Assembly: GCA_963749915.1 (NCBI GenBank)
Contig: CAVVOP010000005.1
Coordinates: forward strand, 256,001-320,000
Reading direction: 5' to 3'
DNA from: an uncultured cyanobacterium
GTDB taxonomy: Bacteria > Cyanobacteriota > Cyanobacteriia > Cyanobacteriales > Cyanobacteriaceae
Length of the DNA stretch: 64,000 nt
In this document: positions 43,327 through 54,352 of the stretch, piece after piece
How the letters are laid out: each line of letters begins with the position of its first letter
Position numbering within the stretch: the stretch's first letter is position 1
Notes under the pieces: model-generated
Databases searched by the model: none
Told to the model about the DNA's origin: nothing
The model's input: only the letters and a program-made list of their open reading frames with translations
Made by a program: the position numbers and the translations under genes

Positions 43327-44592
43327 TTATACTGAAACTCTGATAATATTCGTTACGATTTCGCCTATTTTGATACTGGCACCAGATAAGCCTCTTACTT
43401 GACTCAAATTCTTTTTTATTTGCTCTAATTTGTCTCGATTTCGTAATAATTCTAAGGTGAAATTACCTACGTCTTCTACTGTTAAATAACCGATTAATTC
43501 GGGTACTATTTCCTGTTTTCCCCAAATATTAGGCCAGGCATATAATTTCTTATTTTTAACGGAGTACTGCACCACTATCCAATTAATTAATTTAGCGAAA
43601 CCATCTCCTATTATGGGTAAATTAGCCAGTACTCCGAGTAAGCCATCCCATGACTTCATCGCCTCTAATTGATAGATAGGAAGTAAAACAATCATCGGTA
43701 TTGCTAACGCACCTAATTGAGCAGTATTTGCTCCTACAGTTGTCAAACAAAGATCACATTTTATTAATTCTTCATAACAAGGAAATTCGGTGATTAATTT
43801 AATGTTTGTTCCTCCTGATGTCTCTAAATAAAATTGATTTTTTTTGGTGATTAATTCTCCTGTGACTCCCCCTAAATCGCTAATTAAAGGGTTATTTTTT
43901 TTATTACCATAACTGGCTAAATTTTCAGGAGAGATTGTAGGGGCAACAGGTATAATAAATTCTATATTAGGCTGTTTTTGAACAATATATTCTGCGATCG
44001 CCATCAAAAAAGGGACACCTTGAGTTAATTTACTTTCTTTTGATCCAGGTAATAATCCAACGTTTAAAGTAGTTTTATTATCGCTATTCTGTGCTTGATT
44101 TAAGACATTTATGTCTGCCATTAAATCTCCAACAACAGTACATTTGTTTTGAAATTTAGTAGGTATTTTATCAATAGCAGATTGAGTCATAACGACAAAA
44201 TAATCAATATATCGATACCAACGAGCTTCCCATTCTGCATAAATTAAACTCTGATAACCTAATCTTTTCGCAATCACCAAAGTAAAAAATTGATCACCAC
44301 CTAAAAATATTACTAACCCTTGAGAATACCAATTCCAATTATCTTTTGTTTTACCTGATAATAAAAAAGCTGAAAAATCTTCCGCCGATTGAATACGATT
44401 AATTTCCTGCCATTGACTAGCAATTTTAACTTCATTGCCTGTAGCGTGAGGACAAGGGGATAAAATCAATGAAATACGAACTTTATCTTGAGGGATGGTT
44501 AAATTTGCTCGAATTTGTTTAACAACAGGTAAAACCCATGTGGTAATTTCTCCTGGCCCATTAGATAATATTACGATGTCAAAATTGTTCAT
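43327..44592 (-). CDS. Lipid-A-disaccharide synthase-related glycosyltransferase
   Basis: ILSNGPGE, LGGDQ, GLLPGSK, TTVGANTAQL, AWPN..IVPEL. Confidence 0.8.
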   Translation of the reverse strand: MNNFDIVILSNGPGEITTWVLPVVKQIRANLTIPQDKVRISLILSPCPHATGNEVKIASQWQEINRIQSAEDFSAFLLSGKTKDNWNWYSQGLVIFLGGDQFFTLVIAKRLGYQSLIYAEWEARWYRYIDYFVVMTQSAIDKIPTKFQNKCTVVGDLMADINVLNQAQNSDNKTTLNVGLLPGSKESKLTQGVPFLMAIAEYIVQKQPNIEFIIPVAPTISPENLASYGNKKNNPLISDLGGVTGELITKKNQFYLETSGGTNIKLITEFPCYEELIKCDLCLTTVGANTAQLGALAIPMIVLLPIYQLEAMKSWDGLLGVLANLPIIGDGFAKLINWIVVQYSVKNKKLYAWPNIWGKQEIVPELIGYLTVEDVGNFTLELLRNRDKLEQIKKNLSQVRGLSGASIKIGEIVTNIIRVSV

Positions 44593-44770
44593 TGTTTTTC
44601 AAATGGAAATAATGGGAATATTTCAACTCAGGCGATCGCAATGTTAACTTAGATTAAACAAAAAAACAAAGTAATGAGGGATAGCAGGATTCTCCCAAAT
44701 CCAAAATTATCCTCACAACTCCCTCAGAACTATCTTGACAGACCACTACTTTCCCCTCTTGTATTGCCTG

Positions 44771-46927
44771 CTAAATTTGGGATTCTTGACGGGCGATTTC
44801 TGCTTGTTCAGGATGGATGCCTAAACGGGTCAAATTTAAACGTCCTTTTTGGTCAAAGCCACGAATTTTTACCACAATTTCATCACCGATGGTAACTTCA
44901 TCTTCTACTTTACCGACACGGTGTTCAGCTAATTGAGAAATGTGAATCATGCCTTCTTTTCCTGGTAACACCTCCACAAATGCTCCAATATCGATGATAC
45001 GGGTAACACGACCTAAATATACATCCCCCTCGTTAAGTTTACGAGTCATGGTTTGAATAATGCGTTTAGCCTCTTGTGCCCGTTCTGCCTGTACTGCACA
45101 AATAGTTACAGTGCCATCATCGCTAATATCGATTTTTGAGCCTGTTTGTTCGGTGATACCTTTGATGGTTTTACCTCCGGGTCCGATGACTAAACCAATC
45201 ATATCAGGATCAATTTTCATGGTCATCAAACGAGGTGCATAGGGTGATAATTCTTTACGAGGGGCGTTGATAGTTTTCATCATTTCCCCTAAGATATATA
45301 GACGGGCTTCTCTGGCTTGTTTTACCGCATCAGCGATGGTTCCCATTTTTAAACCTGTAATTTTCATATCCATTTGTAAAGCCGTAATACCGTTGTCAGT
45401 ACCAGCTACCTTGAAATCCATATCCCCTAAGAAGTCTTCAATGCCCTGAATATCCGTTAAGATACGCACCTCCTCTCCTTCTTTAATTAAACCCATAGCC
45501 GCACCACTCACAGGCTTGGTAATGGGTACTCCTGCATCCATTAAGGCCAAGGTTGAACCACAGACCGAACCCATAGAGGTTGAACCGTTGGAAGATAGTA
45601 CTTCAGAAACAACTCTAATTACATAAGGAAAATCTTCTTGAGGAGGTAAGACAGGGGTAATAGCCCTTTCTGCCAAAGCCCCATGACCGATTTCCCGTCT
45701 TCCAGGGGGGCGTAGAGGTTTGGTTTCACCTACAGAATAAGGGGGGAAATTATAGTGGTGTAGATAACGTTTTTCAAAGTCAGGGTGTAAATCGTCTGCT
45801 AAATCTTGGGCATCTCCCGATGTGCCCAAAGTCGCGATGGAAAGTACTTGAGTTAAACCCCGTTGGAATAAACCGCTACCGTGTACCCTCGCAGGTAATA
45901 AACCCACACGGGATTGAATAGGGCGCACTTGATCTAATTTGCGTCCATCTACTCGCACACCATCTTCTATAATTTGACGACGCATGAGTTTTTTGGTCAA
46001 CTGTTTAAATAAATTAGGGACAAGTTTGACATTTTCGGCAACGGCGATTTTAATTTCATCCTCATCGGGTAAAGCGTTAATAGCTTCTAGCACAAAAGTA
46101 GCTTGAATATTATCTAACGCCTCATCTCTGGCACTTTTATCAAAATCAAACTGAGAAAGAACTTTTTTAATTTCCTCTGTGGCTTTTTCGCCAATAAAAT
46201 TAACCACCGCGGGATTATCTTCCTCTTTATTTTCGACTTTGATTTCAATACCCAATTCTTGGATAAGATCTTTTTGAGCTTGGATTAACTCTAATATGGC
46301 CTCATAACCAAATTCGATCGCCTCAATAATATCTTGTTCTGGTAACTGATTCGCCCCAGCTTCTACCATGACAATGCCATCAGGAGTACCCGCTACCACT
46401 AAATCAAGATCGCCGTTTTCGATTTCTCGGAAAGTAGGGTTAATTATAAACTCGTCATTAACTAATCCAACCCTTACCGCCGCCATGGGGCCACAAAAAG
46501 GGATTTGAGCCACTAAAGTAGCGATGGATGCACCGGTAACTGCTAACACGTCAGGGGGTACTTCTTCATCCATCGATAAAGTAGTAGCCACAACCTGTAA
46601 ATCATCTCTTAACCATGAGGGAAAAAGAGGACGTAAAGGACGATCGATCAAACGACTGGTAAGAGTCGCCCTTTCCGGAGGTCTCCCTTCTCGGCGTAAA
46701 AATCCCCCCGGAATACGTCCTGCGGCATACAATCTTTCTTCATAATCAACAGTTAGAGGTAAAAAATCGATCCCTTCTCTGCCTTTTGTGCGGGTTGCAG
46801 TTACGAAAACTGCGGTTTCACCTGCTTGAATTAACACCGATCCTCCGGCTTGAGGTGCTAATAATCCCACTTTAATTTTTATATCTCTTCCTTCAAAAAA
46901 AGAAATTGACTTATTATATTCTTCCAT
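44771..46927 (-). CDS. pnp: Polyribonucleotide nucleotidyltransferase
   Basis: [32 protein letters not shown] and S1 domains. Confidence 0.98.
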   Translation of the reverse strand: MEEYNKSISFFEGRDIKIKVGLLAPQAGGSVLIQAGETAVFVTATRTKGREGIDFLPLTVDYEERLYAAGRIPGGFLRREGRPPERATLTSRLIDRPLRPLFPSWLRDDLQVVATTLSMDEEVPPDVLAVTGASIATLVAQIPFCGPMAAVRVGLVNDEFIINPTFREIENGDLDLVVAGTPDGIVMVEAGANQLPEQDIIEAIEFGYEAILELIQAQKDLIQELGIEIKVENKEEDNPAVVNFIGEKATEEIKKVLSQFDFDKSARDEALDNIQATFVLEAINALPDEDEIKIAVAENVKLVPNLFKQLTKKLMRRQIIEDGVRVDGRKLDQVRPIQSRVGLLPARVHGSGLFQRGLTQVLSIATLGTSGDAQDLADDLHPDFEKRYLHHYNFPPYSVGETKPLRPPGRREIGHGALAERAITPVLPPQEDFPYVIRVVSEVLSSNGSTSMGSVCGSTLALMDAGVPITKPVSGAAMGLIKEGEEVRILTDIQGIEDFLGDMDFKVAGTDNGITALQMDMKITGLKMGTIADAVKQAREARLYILGEMMKTINAPRKELSPYAPRLMTMKIDPDMIGLVIGPGGKTIKGITEQTGSKIDISDDGTVTICAVQAERAQEAKRIIQTMTRKLNEGDVYLGRVTRIIDIGAFVEVLPGKEGMIHISQLAEHRVGKVEDEVTIGDEIVVKIRGFDQKGRLNLTRLGIHPEQAEIARQESQI

Positions 46928-47039
46928 TCAACTTTTTTCCTTATTCTTCGCTTTTCTCTATGCACTCTGTAATCGTAACATTTTTCAGTAATTAGCAATT
47001 AGCAATTGATCATGAAAAAAGGGAATAGGGAATATTTTA

Positions 47040-47321
47040 TTAAGCATCAGAAAGTAGTTTTTGACAAATATCTTTAACTCTTATCCTTTCAATATAAGGC
47101 CAGCCGCCTACTTCCTCTATGTGTTTTAATAACAAATAAAGTCGGTGACGAGTATCGGGTAAATTCGGTTCAAACATTTCTTGTCGGATATTCCGGTGAA
47201 GCAATTCTAATTCCCTGAGAATCAAAAGCACATCGAAAATATTATCTTGGGATTTTTCTGCTAGATTCCCAATTTCATTGACTAACTTTTTGAGTTCACT
47301 TTCAATGGCACTGCTATTCAT
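47040..47321 (-). CDS. Hypothetical protein of cyanobacterial type
   Basis: LRELELLHR..LPDTR..LY..GGWPYIER. Confidence 0.75.
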   Translation of the reverse strand: MNSSAIESELKKLVNEIGNLAEKSQDNIFDVLLILRELELLHRNIRQEMFEPNLPDTRHRLYLLLKHIEEVGGWPYIERIRVKDICQKLLSDA

Positions 47322-47413
47322 GAATCTTAAAATTACCTATCCAGAAATTAATGATAGTTGATTATTATTATTTTTGCTACAACCACCAAGTTATTTATTA
47401 TTAGTGAAATATA

Positions 47414-48259
47414 TTAAATAAACTCTTGTAAGCCTAAAAATAAACAAGTCAATAATAAAACTCCCAAACCAGCAATACTACCCAAAGGCTGATCTTTTTT
47501 CCCGATCAACCAACCTTTTCCAGCGGGATTATAGCTATAGATGTTGAATGTATCGACACAAGCCAAAACAAACACCCAACCACCATGTAATCCGATGGCT
47601 AATCCTAAACTACCATTATCCATGATACGGGCGTAAAAAAGAACTATGCCCATGAAAAATAATCCGGGTAACTGAGGGAATGTGTTTTTTTGTTCCCAAA
47701 TTAAATGTAATAAAGCAAAAATGAAACTCGAAATAATCGCTGTCAGCCAAATATTAAAATCTTCTTGTAAAAAGTTAACGAATATGCCTCGAAAAATTAA
47801 CTCCTCAATGGAAGCAACAAAAAAACTTACCCATAGGAGTAAAGGTAAATTAGGCCAGATATTCGGGGTAGAGTCATCTTGATTATTTAACTCTAACCAA
47901 CCCATCACCAATTCTAGAGCATCAATGAGAAAGGTGCTTATAATGCCCAAACCATAGCCAAATAGGATAGACTTAAAAAGACTAGCTTGAAAAATCAATC
48001 CTATTTTTTCTAATGAGGTTTGCCCTACTGTTATCATCGCCCAAGTTAAAACAGGGGCTAAGGAATAGAGGGAAATAATAAAAGTTAGTTTTTGAGTGTT
48101 GGAAATTGGTGCGGCTATTTGCCATTTAACTAACCTTGCGAGGGGAATTGCCATGGGAACCCAGATAACCGCCCATATTATCAAAAATAAAATAATTTTT
48201 ATAATTGAATTAAATTGATTAAATAGGATAATTACCGAGTCACCTTCGAAATTTAGCAT
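47414..48259 (-). CDS. CPBP (CAAX/Abi) family intramembrane metalloprotease
   Basis: EELIFRG, FALLH, AIGLHGG. Confidence 0.9.
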   Translation of the reverse strand: MLNFEGDSVIILFNQFNSIIKIILFLIIWAVIWVPMAIPLARLVKWQIAAPISNTQKLTFIISLYSLAPVLTWAMITVGQTSLEKIGLIFQASLFKSILFGYGLGIISTFLIDALELVMGWLELNNQDDSTPNIWPNLPLLLWVSFFVASIEELIFRGIFVNFLQEDFNIWLTAIISSFIFALLHLIWEQKNTFPQLPGLFFMGIVLFYARIMDNGSLGLAIGLHGGWVFVLACVDTFNIYSYNPAGKGWLIGKKDQPLGSIAGLGVLLLTCLFLGLQEFI

Positions 48260-48363
48260 TTTTATCTACAAGGTTAATTATTTTGAGAAACAGTCGTTTT
48301 CTGAAATAGTTGTACAGAATAAAGTTTTTGATTCTCCATATTGATCAATCTCAATATTAATAA

Positions 48364-48756
48364 TTAATCTTCATCAAATTCAATGCCATCTGCGTCAACT
48401 TGTTTTAGATGAATATGTTTATAGCCTAATTTAATTTCAAATTCGTCACCGGGTTGTAATCCCATTTTTTGAGTATAACTAGAACCAATGACAATTTGAC
48501 CATTTTTGTGAACACTAACTCGGAAAGTTGCTTCTCGACCACGGCCATCTTTTGCTCTTTCAGGATCAAGAGGAACACCTTTTGCCGCCAAGACTGCATC
48601 ATAAAAAGCTGTCAAATTTACTCGCTCTTTATCGTTTTTTCCTAAAGTATAATAACCACAGGCTTTAGCTCGTTGACGACGAGGAATGTCCGACAACTCT
48701 TTAACTTTTTGTAATAAGGCTTTTCCGGATAAAGGAGTAGGTACTGATTCATTCAT
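48364..48756 (-). CDS. Cyanobacterial AbrB-like transcriptional regulator (cyAbrB)
   Basis: AKACGYY, FYDAVLAAKG, VSVHKNGQIVIG..YT..MGL.PGDEFEIKLGYKHIHL. Confidence 0.92.
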   Translation of the reverse strand: MNESVPTPLSGKALLQKVKELSDIPRRQRAKACGYYTLGKNDKERVNLTAFYDAVLAAKGVPLDPERAKDGRGREATFRVSVHKNGQIVIGSSYTQKMGLQPGDEFEIKLGYKHIHLKQVDADGIEFDED

Positions 48757-49078
48757 ATCAATTTGTTTCCCGTTTCGTACTTTATTTCTTACAATAATTT
48801 ATGATAACAAAAAATGATCATTAAATCATCATTTAAAAACTTTTTTTTTGAAAATTATTATTAATTTACTCCCCCAAGAGAGGGGTTTTATCTACATAGC
48901 TCAGAAAAAAAATAGTTGAGCATTATTATTTTTAAGCTCTGATAGTTAAGTAATGGTATAAATATAAAATAAGTAAGTAATTTAGCCAATTTTACAAAAC
49001 TTAAGGAAAACGCCCTTGTCAGTTATAAATTAACACAAGACAATAGAAATAACTTGATAAATAATTTACAGAATTGAG

Positions 49079-50059
49079 ATGAAAGTTACTTTTAAAATTC
49101 TCCGTCAAAAGCCGAATTTTACTCCAAAATTCCAAAACTACACTTTAGATGTTAGTTCCACTAATACTATTTTAGAATGTTTAAATCAGATAAAATGGGA
49201 GTTGGACGGAAGTTTAACCTTCCGTAAAAATTGCCGCAATACCATCTGTGGAAGTTGTGCCATGAGAATTAATGGTCGTTCGGCTTTAGCTTGTAAAGAA
49301 AATATTGCTGGAGAATTGAAAAATATTGATCCCTCCCTAGAGGAAGATAGTCCGGAAATTATTATTTCTCCTCTTCGTAATTTGCCTGTTATTAAAGATT
49401 TAGTAGTAGATATGACTAATTTTTGGCAAGATTTAGAAACTATTGAACCCTATATCAGTACTAGCAGTAGAAATATCCCCGAAAAAGAGTTTTTACAAAC
49501 CCCTGAACAACGGAAATTATTGGAACAAACTGGCAATTGCATCATGTGTGGTGCTTGTTATTCTGAATGTAACGCTAAGGAGGTAAATTCCGATTTTGTA
49601 GGACCTCATGCTTTAGCAAAAAGTTATCGTTTGCTGACAGATTCCCGTGATAGTGACGCCGAAAATCGACTAGAAAAATATGACAATCAAAATAGCGGTG
49701 TTTGGGGTTGTACTCGTTGTTATTTATGCAATGAAGTTTGTCCCATGGACGTTGCACCACTAGATCAAATTAGTAAAATTAAAGGGGAAATTTTAGCTAA
49801 AAAAGATCTCAATTCTAGTCGCCCAATTCGTCATCGGAAAGTCTTGATTGATTTAGTTAAAAATGAAGGGTGGATTGATGAGCGTAAATTTGGGGTGATG
49901 GTGGTGGGTAATTATTTTCGGGATGTGCAAGGTTTATTAAGTATTGCACCTTTGGGATTCCGTTTGTTATGTTCTGGTAAATTCCCTTTTAATTTTGAGC
50001 CCTCGGAGGGAGTAAAGGAAGTGCGATCGCTAATTTCTGCGGTGCAAAACAATCATTAG
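49079..50059 (+). CDS. sdhB: Succinate dehydrogenase/fumarate reductase Fe-S subunit
   Basis: CRNTICGSC, CIMCGACYSEC, CTRCYLCNEVCP. Confidence 0.93.
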   Translation: MKVTFKILRQKPNFTPKFQNYTLDVSSTNTILECLNQIKWELDGSLTFRKNCRNTICGSCAMRINGRSALACKENIAGELKNIDPSLEEDSPEIIISPLRNLPVIKDLVVDMTNFWQDLETIEPYISTSSRNIPEKEFLQTPEQRKLLEQTGNCIMCGACYSECNAKEVNSDFVGPHALAKSYRLLTDSRDSDAENRLEKYDNQNSGVWGCTRCYLCNEVCPMDVAPLDQISKIKGEILAKKDLNSSRPIRHRKVLIDLVKNEGWIDERKFGVMVVGNYFRDVQGLLSIAPLGFRLLCSGKFPFNFEPSEGVKEVRSLISAVQNNH

Positions 50060-50446
50060 TTAATGATTAATTTCTAATTGAAATAGATTTTCTATTTTTT
50101 GTAAATAAGGATCTCCCGCTAGATAACCAATACCACGATGGAGATGTAACCGGAATTGATTATTTAAAGTTTCAGGATCGGTACCAAATCCGTCTTGATG
50201 ACATCTATATTTTAATGCTAAGAGCAAAATATCACCCATGTCACCGCCGAAAACTTGCCAAGTCATTTCCACATTACTATCCGCCGGAATAGGATATGGT
50301 GCAGGGGGATTCTTTTCCGCTAGGGAACGACAAAATGCCCAACGACATAAAACATTCCAGTGTTCTATTTTTGTAATTCTTTTTAGTTTTATGAGTTGAT
50401 CTTTGGCTTTTTTGGAAAGTTTAATTCTTTCTATGGGCGATCGCAT
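50060..50446 (-). CDS. dndE: DNA phosphorothioation protein DndE
   Basis: IKLSKKAKDQLIKLKRITKIEHWNVLCRWAFC.SL..SNVEMTW..FRLHLHRGIGYL; ATG at 50446 preferred. Confidence 0.88.
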   Translation of the reverse strand: MRSPIERIKLSKKAKDQLIKLKRITKIEHWNVLCRWAFCRSLAEKNPPAPYPIPADSNVEMTWQVFGGDMGDILLLALKYRCHQDGFGTDPETLNNQFRLHLHRGIGYLAGDPYLQKIENLFQLEINH

Positions 50447-50450
50447 ATTA

Positions 50451-50915
50451 TTACTCATTACTAATTGAGAATTGTCGTAAAGATTCAAATAAAACTACCG
50501 AGACACTCACGGATAAATTTAAACTGCGTACATGGGGACTAACCATCTTAATAAAACAAGTTAAATCGCACTGTTGCAAAACTTCCAGAGGCAAACCATC
50601 AGTTTCACTACCAAATAAAAGCCAGTCATCAGGTTTGAATTCACATTGGAGATAATTTTTCGCCCCCCTGACACTCAGGCCAATTAATCTTCCACCTTTT
50701 TCTCTGGCGGACTTAATAAAATCTTCTGGACATTGATGATAGGTTAATTGAACATGAGGCCAATAGTCTAAACCAGCCCTTTTTAAATAACGATCACTAA
50801 TTTCAAACCCCAAAGGGGCAACTAAATGTAATTCTGTTTCCGTCGCGGCACAAGTTCTAGCAATATTGCCAGTATTGGGAGGAATTTGAGGATGAACTAA
50901 TACAATTTTTGGCAT
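50451..50915 (-). CDS. trmL: tRNA (cytidine/uridine-34-2'-O)-methyltransferase
   Basis: PQIPPNTGNIARTC, KRAGLDYW, FGSETDGL, RSLNLS. Confidence 0.95.
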   Translation of the reverse strand: MPKIVLVHPQIPPNTGNIARTCAATETELHLVAPLGFEISDRYLKRAGLDYWPHVQLTYHQCPEDFIKSAREKGGRLIGLSVRGAKNYLQCEFKPDDWLLFGSETDGLPLEVLQQCDLTCFIKMVSPHVRSLNLSVSVSVVLFESLRQFSISNE

Positions 50916-50953
50916 GGTTAATAATTAACAATAATTTTCTCACCACCTGATTT

Positions 50954-51982
50954 TCAAAAGTATGTCTTTTCTTCATTATTAATGTTTTTTTCCCATTTAC
51001 GGGGTTGACTAGTGCGGCGAATATTACGCCAAATTTGAGTAGCGGCTAAAGTACCGTCGGCCACAGCGACCGATACTTGATTTAAACCTTTTTTCAAGTC
51101 TCCTAAAGCAAAGATGCGATGGTGACTAGTTTGTGCCATCTCGTTAGTAACAAGATTTTCGCCATCCCACTCTAAACCGTCAATACCTTTTAGGTAGTGG
51201 TTATAGTAAATTGAACCCATGTTAATTAAACCAGTAGTAGCTTCTACAAAAGTACCATCAACTAATTCCACTCCTTGCATTTTATGATCTTCTCCCAGAA
51301 AACGTGCGATGGCACTTTCATGTAAAGGATAACCGTGATCAGCCAATTTTTGCTTCATTTCATCGCCAACGGTACATAAACCATGAGTTAAAACGGTGAT
51401 GTAGGGAGTAAACCAGTTTAAAACGAAGGCGGCATTAATTTGAGACTCCTTACCAACAATTAACACCGCTTTTTGATCCCACATATCAAAACCATCGCAA
51501 ATCATGCACACATGGAGAGTATAACCAGCATAATCATAGACATTTTGCATGTCATTCAACTCCGGCAAAACATCCATGATACCCGAAGCGGCGATTAAAT
51601 ATTTAGTACGAAAAACGGGGTAAACACTGTCTTTTTTACCCACCTTCACCTTCACGGCAAAAGTTTCCCCCTCGTCGGTGACATCTTCTACATAACCCCG
51701 TAAATAATCTGCACCCCAGTCAATGGCTTGTTTTGTACCATGATTTAATATATCTCTTCCCGGTGCATTGGGATCAATACCTAAATAGTTACGAAGATCT
51801 TGCATCCATAGCGATCGCCCTTTACCTTTTTCAATTACCAAGCATTTTAAACCATAACGAGCTAGATAAATCGCTGCTGACAATCCCCCCATACCGCCAC
51901 CAACTACAATGGCATCATAAACGGTATCGAGACGGGTATCAATATTTTTGCTAGATAATTTCATGGATTTTCCCTCAATCAA
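50954..51982 (-). CDS. Thioredoxin-reductase-like FAD oxidoreductase
   Basis: VVGGGMGGLSAA, HVCMICDG (CxxC), FALGD..QVSVAVADG. Confidence 0.88.
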   Translation of the reverse strand: MIEGKSMKLSSKNIDTRLDTVYDAIVVGGGMGGLSAAIYLARYGLKCLVIEKGKGRSLWMQDLRNYLGIDPNAPGRDILNHGTKQAIDWGADYLRGYVEDVTDEGETFAVKVKVGKKDSVYPVFRTKYLIAASGIMDVLPELNDMQNVYDYAGYTLHVCMICDGFDMWDQKAVLIVGKESQINAAFVLNWFTPYITVLTHGLCTVGDEMKQKLADHGYPLHESAIARFLGEDHKMQGVELVDGTFVEATTGLINMGSIYYNHYLKGIDGLEWDGENLVTNEMAQTSHHRIFALGDLKKGLNQVSVAVADGTLAATQIWRNIRRTSQPRKWEKNINNEEKTYF

Positions 51983-52035
51983 GTTTTTTTGATCCCTAGA
52001 GTTTCTTTATTTTGAAAAGTAAAATTAAGTCAACC

Positions 52036-52060
52036 AAAAAGGGTGAAGGAATATCACCCT
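52036..52060 (-). terminator. Hairpin/terminator after the peroxiredoxin gene
   Basis: Minus strand agggtga-tattcct-tcaccct followed by a T run. Confidence 0.6.
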
Positions 52061-52087
52061 AAAACCGAAGATTTTTACCGATTAATA

Positions 52088-52657
52088 TTAACCCACAAAC
52101 TCTTTACGAGGTTTACAAACACCGGCAGGAGTTTCACCCTTTAGGTAAGCCAACATGGTGTCAGCATCAGATACTTCAAAAGGATCGGTAGGACAGTTGT
52201 CGGCAAAACCCGGTTCCACGAAGATTTTTTCGATCTTCATATCATTTACCAACATAGAATAGCGCCAAGATCTCGGGCCAAATCCGAGGTTACTTTTTTC
52301 GACCAACATCCCCATTTTACGCGTAAACTCGCCATTACCATCAGGTAATAAAAATACATTTTTAGCCCCGATTTCTTTACCCCATTTGAACATAACAAAA
52401 GCATCATTGACAGATACACAGATGATTTCATCAACACCGAGTGCTTTAAATTCTTCGTAAAGTTCCTCATAACGGGGAAGGTGATTAGAAGAACAAGTAG
52501 GGGTGAAGGCGCCTGGTAAAGAGAATACAACTGCTTTTTTCCCGCCAAAAATTTGCTCAGTGGTTTTGTCTTCCCAGCGGTAGGGATTAGGTTGTATGGA
52601 TTCATCACGGACACGGGTTTTGAATACTACGCTAGGGACTTTTTCGATAACAGCCAT
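52088..52657 (-). CDS. Type II peroxiredoxin (PRX5-like)
   Basis: [34 protein letters not shown]. Confidence 0.95.
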   Translation of the reverse strand: MAVIEKVPSVVFKTRVRDESIQPNPYRWEDKTTEQIFGGKKAVVFSLPGAFTPTCSSNHLPRYEELYEEFKALGVDEIICVSVNDAFVMFKWGKEIGAKNVFLLPDGNGEFTRKMGMLVEKSNLGFGPRSWRYSMLVNDMKIEKIFVEPGFADNCPTDPFEVSDADTMLAYLKGETPAGVCKPRKEFVG

Positions 52658-52853
52658 ATTTACCTCTACAATAATGATTAATAAAACTTTACACTTCGTT
52701 TAGGAAATCTTGAAGTATTTTTTTAGTTATATATCAGAATAACTCTTATTTAAGAATTTGTCAATAACAATAATTACTCGTTTTTGTTAACTTATAATTA
52801 GGGTTTTGATAGATTCAAACCCCATTGCACTGAAGATCAATTTCTATTTTGCC

Positions 52854-53267
52854 ATGCCAAAACAAGTCGATAAAATCATTCACACTCTCAAATCAAAAGG
52901 ATTAAGAATCACCCCTCAGCGTTTTGCGGTATATTCTAATTTACTAAATCGTAGCGATCATCCCACTGCCGAGCAGATTCTAAGGGATCTCAATCAAAAT
53001 GCACCAACTTTATCTCAGGCGACTATTTATCTTTCTCTGCAAACTCTCAGAGATGTAGATTTAATTCACGAAGTTTTACTAGAAGAGGGGGTTTGTCGTT
53101 ATGATGCGAACACGGACCCTCATCATCATTTCCTTTGTCAGTATTGTGGTCAAATTGAAGATATTCCTTGGGAGTCTTTTTCTAATCTTCCTTTAGATAA
53201 ATTGCGATCGGGCTTAAAAGTTGATAAATATGAAGTAATTGTACAGGGTAAATGCGATCAATGTTAA
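52854..53267 (+). CDS. perR: Fur-family peroxide regulator PerR
   Basis: GLRITPQR, HPTA, HHHFLCQYC, CDQC; divergent from the peroxiredoxin gene as in the Synechocystis prx-perR arrangement. Confidence 0.85.
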   Translation: MPKQVDKIIHTLKSKGLRITPQRFAVYSNLLNRSDHPTAEQILRDLNQNAPTLSQATIYLSLQTLRDVDLIHEVLLEEGVCRYDANTDPHHHFLCQYCGQIEDIPWESFSNLPLDKLRSGLKVDKYEVIVQGKCDQC

Positions 53268-53343
53268 ATTTAGTTCAGAGTTCGGATTTATTTCAGATCC
53301 CCCACTCATGGGGCTAAATCCTGAGTGCCATTCTCGAAAAAAC

Positions 53344-53728
53344 AGAGAGTAAGGAGTAAGCCGGGTTCTGTTCCTCAAAATTCAGAGAATTAGAAGGGTA
53401 GTTATCTATCTAGGATGAATATTACTAATCACCTCAAGCGGTACACCAAAGACGGAATCGGGAAAAGATCAACCGTAATTCCTCCGACCTTGCTCCCCAC
53501 CGGGGTTTACCGAGCCAGTACCTCTCGATACTGCTGGTGTGCTCTTACCAACACCTTTGCACCCTTACCCTAAAACAAATAAATAGGGCGGTATTTTTCT
53601 GTGGCACTATCCTCACGCTCACGCGCACTGGGCGTTACCCAGCAAGTTTGATCTTTCGGGAGTCCGGACTTTCCTCAAACTAAACCTCATAGAAAAGATT
53701 TAGTTTGCAACTACCGCTCTTACTCTCT
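53344..53728 (-). ncRNA. rnpB: RNase P RNA
   Basis: Minus strand GAGGAAAGTCCGGACTC...AGTGCCACAGAAA...GGTAAACCCC...GAACAGAACCCGGCTTA; complementary GAGAGTAAG/CTTACTCTC P1 ends. Confidence 0.97.
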
Positions 53729-53741
53729 TTTCTTTAATATA

Positions 53742-54146
53742 TCATTTAATCTTATTATTAATCATTCCCTTAACCGTATCTATAAAACCTTGATGATCAA
53801 CTACAGGTTTAGAAATATAACCATCAGCACCACTTTCTGCCAAAAAACTATCTTTATCCCCTCGCATAGCGTGAGCAGTGACAAGAATAACGGGAATATT
53901 TTTAGTTTCCTCATCCCCTTTTAAAAGTTGGGTGATTTTAATACCATCTACCGCTTCTCCTTGATAAAAACTATTGGCCAGGGAAACATCCATTAAAATT
54001 ACTGTAGCATTTCCTGACTTCGCGATCGCCATGACCTCATCAACATTTTCTGTGCCTTTCACCTCAAACCCTCCCCTTTTAGTAAGAATTTTGGCAAAAA
54101 CCTTCATATTAATAGGATCATCTTCTACAATTAAAACCGTGTTCAT
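53742..54146 (-). CDS. Single-domain response regulator (DivK-like)
   Basis: VLIVEDD, ILMDV, VTAHAM.GD, YISKP. Confidence 0.92.
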   Translation of the reverse strand: MNTVLIVEDDPINMKVFAKILTKRGGFEVKGTENVDEVMAIAKSGNATVILMDVSLANSFYQGEAVDGIKITQLLKGDEETKNIPVILVTAHAMRGDKDSFLAESGADGYISKPVVDHQGFIDTVKGMINNKIK

Positions 54147-54352
54147 GAACTATGACTCAGATATATTTTCTGATTATGTTTAATAGATTGAAAAAAATCT
54201 AATAATTAGGATGAGGATAATTTTTTACCCCCAATAATATTTTAAGCTGTTTTTGTTCTTGGGGTGATAATTCCCAAGGATCATCAATTTTCTCTCCTAT
54301 TATTGAGATTCGTTTTGTATCGGTTAGAAAGACTTTTTTATCAAGGCGAGTC

